From positions 1,404 through 65,403 of the forward strand of contig JBFFKF010000003.1 in the NCBI GenBank assembly GCA_041555515.1: 64,000 bases of DNA, read 5' to 3'. Below the pieces are notes generated by a model that ran no database searches, was not told the DNA's origin, and saw only the letters and a program-made list of their open reading frames with translations. This document shows, piece after piece, positions 21,005 through 30,285 of this stretch; position 1 is the stretch's first letter, and each line of letters begins with the position of its first letter. The translations under genes were made by a program, and so were the position numbers. The stretch is from Woeseiaceae bacterium. GTDB lineage: Bacteria > Pseudomonadota > Gammaproteobacteria > Steroidobacterales > Woeseiaceae.

Positions 21005-23025
21005 GCCGCTTTATCGATGCCGCTCATGCGTAACAGCGCATCCAGGGTCGGCTTGCGGCCACGGAACGCGACATAGGCTTCCATGATGTCCCGGCTGCCG
21101 CCGACCTCGAGTATTTCCCGGCGAAAGCGCCGTGCCGTTTCCGCATCGAATATTCCCGATTCCTCGAACGCCGAGAACGCGTCTGCCGCCAGGACCTCGG
21201 CCCATTTGTAGCTGTAATAACCGGCTGCGTAGCCGCCGGCAAAGATATGAGAAAAGCTGTGCGGGAGGCGATTGTAGGACGGGTGCTTGACCAGCGCGAC
21301 CTCGTCGCGAACTTCGTCGAGCACCTCGAGGGCCCGGCCGCCGGCGGCAGGGTCGTAATTCGCGTGCAGCCGAAAATCAAAGAGCGCGAATTCGATCTGT
21401 CGCAGCATGGCGAGCGCCTCGCCGAAAAAGCGGCTGCGGTGCAAGCGGTCGTAGATCTCCCTGGGCAATGATGCGCCGGTACGGAAATGCGCCGAGCACG
21501 CCGCGAGAACCTCGTGATGCCAGGCAAAATTTTCCATGAACTGGCTCGGCAGCTCGACCGCGTCCCATGGCACGCCGTTGATTCCCGCAATACTGGGAAA
21601 GTCAACGCGCGTAAGCAGGTGGTGCAGCATGTGCCCAAATTCGTGAAAGAAGGTCAGCACGTCAGTATGCGTCAACAGCGATACCCCATTCGCATCGGGC
21701 GGCGTGAAATTGCAGATGAGGTAGCCAACCGCCGGCGTTGCATCACCTGCGAGTCGCTTGCGGATGATGCACTCGTCCATCCATGCGCCACTGCGTTTGC
21801 CATTCCTTGCGTACAGGTCGGTGTAAAAACTGCCGAGTAATGCATCCTTGCTATCGCGTACCTCGTAGTAACGCACGGATTCGTGCCATGAGCTCACGCC
21901 CGACCGCTCTCTGACGTAAACGCCGTATAGTTTCTCAACGAGGTCGAACATTCCATCCTGCACCGCTGTTGCAGCAAAGTATTGGCGCAGTTCTTCGTCG
22001 GATATGGAAAACTTCTGCTGCTTCAGTTTTTCGACATGATAGGAAATGTCCCAGGCCTCGAGCTCTGCAGCCGCGATCGCCTGGATCGCATCCAGTTCTT
22101 TCTGTGCGGCTTCACGGGTCCTGCCGGCAAGTTCGAGCAGGAAGTCCAGCACCTCGCCAACATCCGATGCCATCTTGGTGGCCAGGGAGTACTCGGCGTA
22201 GTTTTCGAAGCCGACCAGGAGCGCCGCCTCGTGCCGCAAGGCGAGAATAGTCTCAATGGCCGCGCTGTTATCCCATTGCGTGTTGCTTCCCTGGTCCGAA
22301 GCGCGCGTCGACCAGGCTTTGTAAAAGGTTTCGCGGAGGTTGCGATCGTCGGCGTGCGTCAAAACCGCGTGATAGGTTGGCAAGTCGAGATTCAGCCACC
22401 ACCCGTCCTCGTCCCGTTCGGCGGCATCGTTTCGGGCCCGCGCGACGATCTGTGCGGGCAGTCCGGCCATGCGGGCTTCATCCATTGCATGAAAGTGCCA
22501 GGCATCCGCTGCGTCCTGTATGTTCTGATCGAACCTGGCCTGGGTCGTCGCCAGCTGCTGCATCAGTTCCTTGAACCTGGCTTTTTCCTTTTCCGGGAGC
22601 GCCACACCGGCGAGCCTGAAGTCCCTCAATTCCTTTTCGACAAGCATGCGCATGGCGGGCGTCGCATCCTCGGGCATGGTGTTGGCGATGTGCTGATACG
22701 CTTCCTGCAGTTCCTTGTTTTGCGATAATTCGGTTGCATATTCGGTCAGTAGCGGCAGCGAAGCGTTGTAAGCCTCGCGCCACTCTGGATCTTCGAGCAC
22801 GCTCTGCAAATGTCCAACCGGAGACCAGACACGACTGAGTTCGTGACTCATCTCTTCGAGCGGCGCGATCACAGATGCGAAATCCTTTGCCGAGCGGTCC
22901 GAGAGCAGGTCCGCGAGCTTTCGCCGCTGTGCTGCGATAAGCTCTTGCAGCGCCGGTTTTACCTGTTCGGGCTTTAGGTCGTCGAAGCGCGGTAGCGCTT
23001 TGGTATCCAGCAATGGGTTGGACAT
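21001..23025 (-). CDS. prlC: oligopeptidase A (M3 family)
   Basis: 674 aa with the HEFGH zinc motif. Full-length M3A pattern. Confidence 0.92.
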   Translation of the reverse strand: MSNPLLDTKALPRFDDLKPEQVKPALQELIAAQRRKLADLLSDRSAKDFASVIAPLEEMSHELSRVWSPVGHLQSVLEDPEWREAYNASLPLLTEYATELSQNKELQEAYQHIANTMPEDATPAMRMLVEKELRDFRLAGVALPEKEKARFKELMQQLATTQARFDQNIQDAADAWHFHAMDEARMAGLPAQIVARARNDAAERDEDGWWLNLDLPTYHAVLTHADDRNLRETFYKAWSTRASDQGSNTQWDNSAAIETILALRHEAALLVGFENYAEYSLATKMASDVGEVLDFLLELAGRTREAAQKELDAIQAIAAAELEAWDISYHVEKLKQQKFSISDEELRQYFAATAVQDGMFDLVEKLYGVYVRERSGVSSWHESVRYYEVRDSKDALLGSFYTDLYARNGKRSGAWMDECIIRKRLAGDATPAVGYLICNFTPPDANGVSLLTHTDVLTFFHEFGHMLHHLLTRVDFPSIAGINGVPWDAVELPSQFMENFAWHHEVLAACSAHFRTGASLPREIYDRLHRSRFFGEALAMLRQIEFALFDFRLHANYDPAAGGRALEVLDEVRDEVALVKHPSYNRLPHSFSHIFAGGYAAGYYSYKWAEVLAADAFSAFEESGIFDAETARRFRREILEVGGSRDIMEAYVAFRGRKPTLDALLRMSGIDKAA

Positions 23026-23112
23026 ACAGGTTCGGCTCTCTGATAAGGCGGCAGGATGGTATCACACGTCCGGGATGGTCATGGCGTGACAAGCAATACG
23101 AAGGGATGAGAA

Positions 23113-24459
23113 ATGGCAGCGAGTTTTGACCTCATAGTCATCGGCGGTGGCAGTGGTGGCCTGGCGCATGCGCAGCGTGCGGCGGAATATGGTGCGAAAG
23201 CAGCGGTCATCGAATCCGGTCCGCTCGGCGGCACCTGTGTCAATGTAGGCTGCGTGCCGAAGAAACTCACGTGGTATGCGGCGCACCACGCGAATTTGGC
23301 CGCGCACGCCAGGGATTTCGGTTTCGATTTGTCCGTCAAGGGACACGACTGGTCGGCACTGAAGAGAAAACGCGATGCTTACGTTGCCCGCCTGAACGAT
23401 ATCTACGAGGGAAACCTCGAGAAACGCAACGTGGACTACGTCAGAGGTCACGCCACATTCGTAGACTCAACAACTCTCGACGTTGATGGTACGCAGTACT
23501 CTGCAGAAAGGATCGTCATCGCGACCGGCGGTTTCCCAATCGTTCCCGGTATACCCGGCGCCGAACTCGGCATAACCTCCGACGGCTTTTTCGAATTGTC
23601 GGAACGGCCGCAACGGGTCGCGCTGGTCGGCAGCGGCTACATTTCTGTGGAATTCGCCGGGATGTTCAATGAACTCGGATCGGAAACATCGGTGCTGGTT
23701 CGCTATGACGGCGTGCTGCGCAGCTTCGATTCGATGCTGCGCACGGAACTCGAAGCGGCGATGAGCCAAAGCGGACTGCGACTTGAAAAAGGTGTCGTGC
23801 CCCGTGAGCTGGCGAAATCAGGCGACGGTCTTTGCCTGAAAGCAGAGGACGGCCGTGAATTTGCTGACTTCGATGCCGTGATCTGGGCTGTCGGGCGCGC
23901 GCCCAACACCGGGTCATTGAACCTCGAGGCCGCCGGCGTCGTCAGCGACAGCAAAGGATTCATTGCGACGGACGAATGGCAGAAAACCAATGTCGATAAC
24001 ATCTTCGCGCTCGGCGACGTAACGGGCCGCGCCGCGCTGACACCGGTCGCGATCGCGGCCGGCCGCAGGCTCGCGGACCGGCTCTACGGTGGCATGACAG
24101 ACCGGCGCCTCGAATACGAGTGTATTCCGACCGTTGTCTTCTCGCATCCGCCGATCGCTACGGTCGGCCTGACCGAGGAAGAGGCGCGCGACAGCTTCGG
24201 TGATGACCTCAAGGTATACACTTCGCGGTTCAATCCGATGGCCTATGCATTCAGCGAAACAAAGACCCCTACAGCGATGAAGCTCGTGACGACGGGTAGC
24301 GAAGAACGCATCGTCGGCTGCCACATCATCGGCGACAGCGCCGACGAGATGTTGCAGGGATTTGCGGTTGCCGTTCGCATGGGCGCGACCAAGCAACAAT
24401 TCGACGATACCGTCGCTATACACCCGACGAGCGCGGAAGAACTGGTAACTATGCGTTGA
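23113..24459 (+). CDS. gor: glutathione-disulfide reductase
   Basis: 448 aa with FAD motif GGGSGG, redox-active [13 protein letters not shown] and a C-terminal HPTSAEE dimer-interface motif. Confidence 0.9.
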   Translation: MAASFDLIVIGGGSGGLAHAQRAAEYGAKAAVIESGPLGGTCVNVGCVPKKLTWYAAHHANLAAHARDFGFDLSVKGHDWSALKRKRDAYVARLNDIYEGNLEKRNVDYVRGHATFVDSTTLDVDGTQYSAERIVIATGGFPIVPGIPGAELGITSDGFFELSERPQRVALVGSGYISVEFAGMFNELGSETSVLVRYDGVLRSFDSMLRTELEAAMSQSGLRLEKGVVPRELAKSGDGLCLKAEDGREFADFDAVIWAVGRAPNTGSLNLEAAGVVSDSKGFIATDEWQKTNVDNIFALGDVTGRAALTPVAIAAGRRLADRLYGGMTDRRLEYECIPTVVFSHPPIATVGLTEEEARDSFGDDLKVYTSRFNPMAYAFSETKTPTAMKLVTTGSEERIVGCHIIGDSADEMLQGFAVAVRMGATKQQFDDTVAIHPTSAEELVTMR

Positions 24460-25288
24460 CGGAGAGCTGCTTGAGTACGGCGGCCGTGTCCGGGCGCACA
24501 CCACGCCACAGGTAAAACGATTCCGCTGCCTGCTCGACCAGCATGCCCCAGCCCATATACGACTGGGCTGCTCCTTGCTCCTTGGCCCAGCTGGCAAACG
24601 GCGTTGTTCTCATCGAATAGGAAAGGTCGTAGCAGACCGTCTTTTCGCTGACTGCGTGCTCGGGATACGGCGGCGTCTCGCCCTTTACGCCCGCCGACGT
24701 CGCATTGATGATGAGATCGAACTCCGGCGGCGTGCGCACGTTCTTGAAGCTGACTGCGGTTACCGGTCCTTGCGCTGAAAAAATCTGCGCCAGCGCGGTC
24801 GCCTTGTCCATGGTGCGATTCGCGATCACGACGGATTCGGGCTTCTCTTCGAGGAGCGGGGAGAGGATGCCGCGCGTCGAACCGCCTGCACCGAGGATAA
24901 GAATGTTTGCGCCTTCGAGCTCGATTTCCAGGTTTTCCTTGAGGTCGCGAATGAGGCCGACACCGTCGGTGTTGTCGCCGTAGATTTCCTTGTCCTTGAA
25001 AACCAGCGTGTTGATGGCGCCGGCAGTGCTGGCACGTTCACTCATGTCGTCGACGAACCGCGTGACCTCGCTCTTGTACGGCAAGGTAATGTTCAGACCC
25101 CTGCCGCCGGTCCGCGCGAACTGCGTGATTGCCGACTCGAGCCTGTCGGGTGCGACCTCCAGGAGCTCGTATTGCAGGTTCTGCCCGGTCTGCACTGCAA
25201 ACAGCCGGTGAATAACCGGTGACCGGCTGTGGGCGACCGGATACCCCATGACGGCGTAGCGGTCGATGACAGCAGTTGCTTCGCTCAT
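24449..25288 (-). CDS. aroE: shikimate dehydrogenase
   Basis: 279 aa with N-terminal [21 protein letters not shown] and GAGG motifs. Confidence 0.9.
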   Translation of the reverse strand: MSEATAVIDRYAVMGYPVAHSRSPVIHRLFAVQTGQNLQYELLEVAPDRLESAITQFARTGGRGLNITLPYKSEVTRFVDDMSERASTAGAINTLVFKDKEIYGDNTDGVGLIRDLKENLEIELEGANILILGAGGSTRGILSPLLEEKPESVVIANRTMDKATALAQIFSAQGPVTAVSFKNVRTPPEFDLIINATSAGVKGETPPYPEHAVSEKTVCYDLSYSMRTTPFASWAKEQGAAQSYMGWGMLVEQAAESFYLWRGVRPDTAAVLKQLSVNA

Positions 25289-25295
25289 AAGCTCG

Positions 25296-26312
<1,017 letters not shown>

Positions 26313-26421
26313 TTACGCCCAGATGCTTGGATTTTCCCTGTATTTCGGTAGGGTTTCCACGCCTGAATCACAAAAACTTTAACGTCCAGTAATATTTGCT
26401 GGATGGGACGGGTCACCTCGT

Positions 26422-26937
26422 ATGAACAGCGATAGTGCGGACTTAAAGCGCAGGGAACGCTTTGACCGGGTCGTCAGCGTGCTGCACAAGGACCTGTACC
26501 GGTATGCAGCATGGCTGAGCCGCGACCCGGGAGTAGCCGAGGAAGTCGTCCAGGAGGCCCTTTTAAGGGCCTGGAAGTCACTGGACGCGCTGCGCGAGGA
26601 CAGCGCGGCGAAGTCCTGGCTGCTGACGATCGTGCGCCGGGAGAACGCGAGGTACTTCGAGAGGAAACGGCTGGAGACGGTAGATATCGACAGCCTGACC
26701 CCTGGCCAGGAAGCGATGCTGGCCGAGACCGAGGATGCCAACCTGGCCACGATGCGCGAAGCGATCTTCAGACTCGATGACGACTATCGCGAACCGCTGG
26801 TGTTGCAGGTCCTGATGGGGCACAGCACCAGGGAGATTGCAGAGCTGATGGGCATCAAACCGGGCGCGGTACTGACGAGACTGCACCGGGCGCGCCTGAA
26901 GCTGAAGGATGAAGTGGAAAAGGAGGCAGCGGCATGA
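26422..26937 (+). CDS. ECF-type RNA polymerase sigma-70 family factor
   Basis: 171 aa with region 2 (DPGVAEEVVQEALLRAW) and region 4 (EIAELMGIKPGAVLTRLHRARLKL). The stop overlaps the next ATG (ATGA at 26934-26937). Confidence 0.88.
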   Translation: MNSDSADLKRRERFDRVVSVLHKDLYRYAAWLSRDPGVAEEVVQEALLRAWKSLDALREDSAAKSWLLTIVRRENARYFERKRLETVDIDSLTPGQEAMLAETEDANLATMREAIFRLDDDYREPLVLQVLMGHSTREIAELMGIKPGAVLTRLHRARLKLKDEVEKEAAA

Positions 26938-27686
26938 GCGCCTCCGGAAATAGCATGAATTGTGAGAATTACAGAGAAGCGATAGCAGCAGATCCCTCGG
27001 AGTCGTTCGAAGGCGGCGCCGAGCATGCTGCAACCTGCGGTCTTTGCAGCGCATACAAGGCAGAGATGCGCGCACTCGATGCCACGATCCGTAACGCCCT
27101 CGCAATCGATGTGCCCGAATTGAAAATCCCGGACCTGCCGCCGATCGGTGAAGACGACCAGGTCGTCAACCTGCCGTTCAGGCGGGGACCGAGACTCACG
27201 ACACCGGCCTGGATCGGCATCGCAGCCAGTTTCGCGCTTGCCGCCGTCATCGGCGTGCAGTTCTTCGGCGCCCCCAGCTCGCCGGACGATCAATTGCTCG
27301 CGGAGCAGGTGCTGGCGCACCTCGACCACGAACCCTGGGCTTTGCAGCTAAGCAACGTGGCGGTTCCGGATGAACGCTTCAACCGCGTCGTCAATCCGTC
27401 GATCGGCACCATGGACCGCAATGTCGGCCTGGTTTCCTATGCGCAGACCTGCATCATCAACGGCCGTGCCATTCCGCACCTCGTCATCCAGGGCGAGAAA
27501 GGCCCGGTGACGCTGTTGCTGATGCCCGACGAGATGGTGAGCGGCGCCGTAACAGTCACCGGCGAAAGCGTCGCTGGCGTGATCCTGCCGCACGGCGACG
27601 GCAGCATCGCGATTATCGGCGAGCGCGAGGAAAGAATTGAAGAACTCGGAAAACGAGTAGTGGATTCAGTGGAGTGGAGCATCTGA
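26934..27686 (+). CDS. anti-sigma factor, DUF3379-like (N-terminal zf-HC2-like, single TM, periplasmic domain)
   Basis: 250 aa with N-terminal C-x3-Y...H-x3-C-x2-C and TM segment WIGIAASFALAAVIGV. Translationally coupled to the ECF sigma gene. Confidence 0.7.
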   Translation: MSASGNSMNCENYREAIAADPSESFEGGAEHAATCGLCSAYKAEMRALDATIRNALAIDVPELKIPDLPPIGEDDQVVNLPFRRGPRLTTPAWIGIAASFALAAVIGVQFFGAPSSPDDQLLAEQVLAHLDHEPWALQLSNVAVPDERFNRVVNPSIGTMDRNVGLVSYAQTCIINGRAIPHLVIQGEKGPVTLLLMPDEMVSGAVTVTGESVAGVILPHGDGSIAIIGEREERIEELGKRVVDSVEWSI

Positions 27687-27702
27687 CCGCGAAGCTGACT
27701 GA

Positions 27703-27751
27703 ACATGCCCGGGGGAACGGGCAATAACCCAAGTGCCCGTTTCGGGCATGT
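27703..27751 (+). promoter_or_regulatory. long imperfect inverted repeat / RNA hairpin in the leader of the Cys-repeat gene
   Basis: ACATGCCCG (27703-27711) pairs with CGGGCATGT (27743-27751). The inner pair is AACGGGC (27716-27722) with GCCCGTT (27735-27741), around a 12-nt loop. No T-tract follows, and RBS AGGAG at 27762-27766 lies just downstream. Confidence 0.5.
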
Positions 27752-27772
27752 GACCAGAGGTAGGAGATAGAA

Positions 27773-28231
27773 ATGGCTGAAAAGCAAGTAGCAAAACCTG
27801 TTGCGTTGGCAATAGGCGCAGCTTTGGCAGGCTCGTTTGCCGTCACCGGCACGGCCAGCGCCGACACGGGCGTGAGCCCGTTCCAGATGACCACGCTGAG
27901 CGCTGGCTATCTGCTCGGCGGTGCTGCCGGTGGCGACAAGCAGGCTAAGGAAGCCGAAGGTAGCTGTGGCGAAGGCAAATGTGGCGGCGACAAGGAAGCC
28001 GAAGGTTCCTGCGGCGGCGACAAGGAAGCCGAAGGTTCCTGCGGCGGCGACAAGGAAGCCGAAGGCTCCTGCGGCGGCGACAAGGAAGCCGAAGGCTCCT
28101 GCGGCGGCGATAAGGAAGCCGAAGGCTCCTGCGGCGGCGATAAGGACGCCGAAGGTTCTTGCGGCGGCGATAAGGAAGAAGCCGAAGGCAAGTGCGGCGA
28201 AGGCAAATGCGGTGGCGAAAAGACCAGCTAA
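27773..28231 (+). CDS. secreted low-complexity Cys-repeat protein, HvfA-like (EGKCG-type) putative RiPP metallophore precursor
   Basis: RBS AGGAG lies 6 nt upstream. Signal peptide ends ...AVTGTASA|D. The rest carries ten EG[S/K]CG motifs: EGSCG, EGKCG, 6x GGDK(E/D)AEGSC, then EGKCGEGKCG. These are the only cysteines. A strong terminator follows. Confidence 0.75.
   Translation: MAEKQVAKPVALAIGAALAGSFAVTGTASADTGVSPFQMTTLSAGYLLGGAAGGDKQAKEAEGSCGEGKCGGDKEAEGSCGGDKEAEGSCGGDKEAEGSCGGDKEAEGSCGGDKEAEGSCGGDKDAEGSCGGDKEEAEGKCGEGKCGGEKTS
27983..28162. repeat. six head-to-tail 30-bp tandem repeats (GGCGGCGACAAGGAAGCCGAAGGTTCCTGC)
   Basis: Units 1=2 and 3=4 are identical. Units 1->3 and 4->5 differ by one synonymous base. 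Unit 6 differs from unit 5 at 3 positions (one Glu->Asp). More degenerate motif copies flank the array on both sides. Confidence 0.95.
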
Positions 28232-28259
28232 GCTCCTGTCTTTGTCAGAAGAAACAAGA

Positions 28260-28289
28260 GGGCCCACGTGAGTGGGCCCTTTTTATTTT
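28260..28289 (+). terminator. rho-independent terminator
   Basis: GGGCCCAC-GTGA-GTGGGCCC stem-loop followed by TTTTTATTTT, 29 nt after the stop codon. Confidence 0.85.
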
Positions 28290-28321
28290 ATGCTCCGAAC
28301 TAATTTGATGTCATTGTCGAT

Positions 28322-28822
28322 CTAACTCGCTTTCTCTGCTTGTCTAAGTTTTAGCCGTTCCACGTGTTCGATCAGGGAATCTGTGGTGTTTTTCAACATT
28401 TCCAACTCTTCGATAGTCAGATCATCGAGTTGCTCCAGGTTGTACTCGATGGTGTCGATAATCTGTTTTGACGGACGGTGCAGCGGGCGCATGAAATACG
28501 CCGTGATCGTTGCCACGATGGTCCCGAAGAACAGCATTGAACCAACGACAATCCACGCACCGCCGATCACCTGGGAGATCCCGTTGACAGGCGTATCGGC
28601 AATGCCAGCAGTGGAAAAAGCGGCTATCCCCCAATACAGTGCGCGGCCATAGCTCGTGATTGAGGTTCCCTCGGCGCCCTGTTCGGTGAAATACAGTCCG
28701 GCGGAAAAAAGCATCCAGCAGCTCAACAACAAGAAAGCTATCTTGAGTACCGGCGTGTGTGCCAGCACATCACTGATGAATCTGCGGCCGCGATACTTCC
28801 TGCTGCGCTTTGCTTTTTTCAT
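28322..28822 (-). CDS. two-TM pore-loop ion channel family protein with a non-canonical filter and C-terminal coiled coil
   Basis: TM1, pore helix (YGRALYWGIAAFS), filter-like TAGIAD and TM2 (GGAWIVVGSMLFFGTIVATI), then a heptad-like tail. Start at 28822 (MKKAKRSRKY) or 28840. Confidence 0.6.
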   Translation of the reverse strand: MKKAKRSRKYRGRRFISDVLAHTPVLKIAFLLLSCWMLFSAGLYFTEQGAEGTSITSYGRALYWGIAAFSTAGIADTPVNGISQVIGGAWIVVGSMLFFGTIVATITAYFMRPLHRPSKQIIDTIEYNLEQLDDLTIEELEMLKNTTDSLIEHVERLKLRQAEKAS

Positions 28823-29065
28823 ATAGACACCGATATGCATCGATCATCGTTGCACCATCAATTGTATAGAGTAGCCATGCCATGCACCCGACTATGGCAG
28901 CTTCGACTCATCAGCACCCCTGCACCATAATATCAGCTGAATGTCCGCTATCGGGTGGAAGGATCAGATTCGATTCTCGTATCAGGCTTGAAAGACAAGA
29001 TTCTGTCGGTGTGCAATTCCTTGCACATTGCTAATATTTTAATCCTGTTCGTATTTGGATAAACG

Positions 29066-29656
29066 ATGGCAAAAAAAATAAAGCGTTGCGACTGGGCCGG
29101 TGAAACCAGCCTTCCCTATATCGAATATCACGACAAGGAGTGGGGCGTGCCAGCCTGGGACGACGAAACCCAATTCGAGTTCCTGGTACTCGAAGGTGCT
29201 CAGGCGGGCCTGAGCTGGTCAACGATTCTCAATAAACGAGAAGGTTATCGGAAGAATTTCGCCGATTTCGACGTTGAGAAGGTCGCCCGGTTTAGCAAGA
29301 AACGTATCGACAGAATCCTGCAGGATCCCGGCATCGTGAGGAATCGGCAAAAAGTCAACGCAGCAGTGACAAATGCAAAAGCATTTATCAAGGTGCAGAA
29401 CGAGTTCGGAAGCTTTGCCGATTATATCTGGCAATTCGTCGACGGTAGTCCGATACAGAACAAGTGGCGCGATGATTCCGATATCCCCGCAACCTCACCG
29501 GAGTCGGACGCACTGAGTAAAGATCTAAAAGAAAGGGGGTTCAAATTCGTCGGCAGCACCATTATGTATGCACACATGCAGGCAACCGGGCTCGTAAACG
29601 ATCACCTGGTGAGCTGCTTTCGCTACAAGGAATGCAGAGCGCTGGCAAATAAATGA
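29066..29656 (+). CDS. tag: DNA-3-methyladenine glycosylase I
   Basis: 196 aa with N-terminal RCDWAG....YIEYHDKEWGVP and a C-terminal H...C zinc-snap pattern. Confidence 0.9.
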   Translation: MAKKIKRCDWAGETSLPYIEYHDKEWGVPAWDDETQFEFLVLEGAQAGLSWSTILNKREGYRKNFADFDVEKVARFSKKRIDRILQDPGIVRNRQKVNAAVTNAKAFIKVQNEFGSFADYIWQFVDGSPIQNKWRDDSDIPATSPESDALSKDLKERGFKFVGSTIMYAHMQATGLVNDHLVSCFRYKECRALANK

Positions 29657-29811
29657 GCCGCAGGAGAGAGCTTGAGGCGCGAATGGCGCGGCGCCCCAGC
29701 GCAGAGCGATATGCTCGCGCTGCCGTGGTTTTGCCTTGAATCGGGGCGATCTTCGGCACATGATGTGTTCCCCATAACTCACGCATACATAAAAGACGAG
29801 AGGGGGATCAC

Positions 29812-30285
29812 ATGTCTGAGGAAACCAGCAGCCCCGAAACAATGAGCAGTTTCGCGGCATCGAGCGTTGGACCACCCCGCTCGTTTTATGTGATCAGCGG
29901 ACTCGCGCTGGCCTGGAATCTCGTGGGCGTGGCGCAATATATCATCCAGGTGACGATGACCGAAGAAGCGAAGGCGGCGCTGGAACCCGCACAACGTGCG
30001 CTGATGGAGTCGACGCCGACATGGCTGGTTGCCGTTTATGCCCTAGCCGTGCATACCGGTGCGCTGGGTTGCTTGCTGCTGATCCTGAGAAAGGCTTGGG
30101 CCGTGCCGGTCTTGCTCGTGTCACTTCTGTGCATCGTCGTGCAGATGGGCTATTCGCTAAGCATGACCGAAGCCATGAATGTGTACGGTGGCGGGGTGGT
30201 AGTGCAGGCCGCGTTGATCACGGTGGTCGGCATCTACCTGGTCTGGTATTCGCGACGAGTCAAGGACAACGGCTGGATCGCTTAG
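29812..30285 (+). CDS. hypothetical membrane protein (4 TM)
   Basis: 157 aa with four hydrophobic segments. No recognised family. Confidence 0.45.
   Translation: MSEETSSPETMSSFAASSVGPPRSFYVISGLALAWNLVGVAQYIIQVTMTEEAKAALEPAQRALMESTPTWLVAVYALAVHTGALGCLLLILRKAWAVPVLLVSLLCIVVQMGYSLSMTEAMNVYGGGVVVQAALITVVGIYLVWYSRRVKDNGWIA

Noticed and set aside
27714-27740. A possible ECF-type promoter (GGAAC ... CGT) in front of the Cys-repeat gene.
   Set aside because: The spacing between AAC and CGT is about 19 nt, against the usual 16-17 nt, and both elements lie inside the hairpin arms. It cannot be supported without transcription start mapping, so it is mentioned only within the hairpin finding.
27437-28267. 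A 276-aa minus-strand ORF with striking AAAGAFGFLV repeats. Two other alternative-frame repeat ORFs occur at 27907-28206 (-) and 27921-28271 (+).
   Set aside because: They are mirror or alternative frames of the 30-bp tandem repeat. They overlap the well-supported anti-sigma and Cys-repeat genes. They also lack an RBS and signal logic, whereas the 27773 frame has an RBS, a signal peptide and a terminator.
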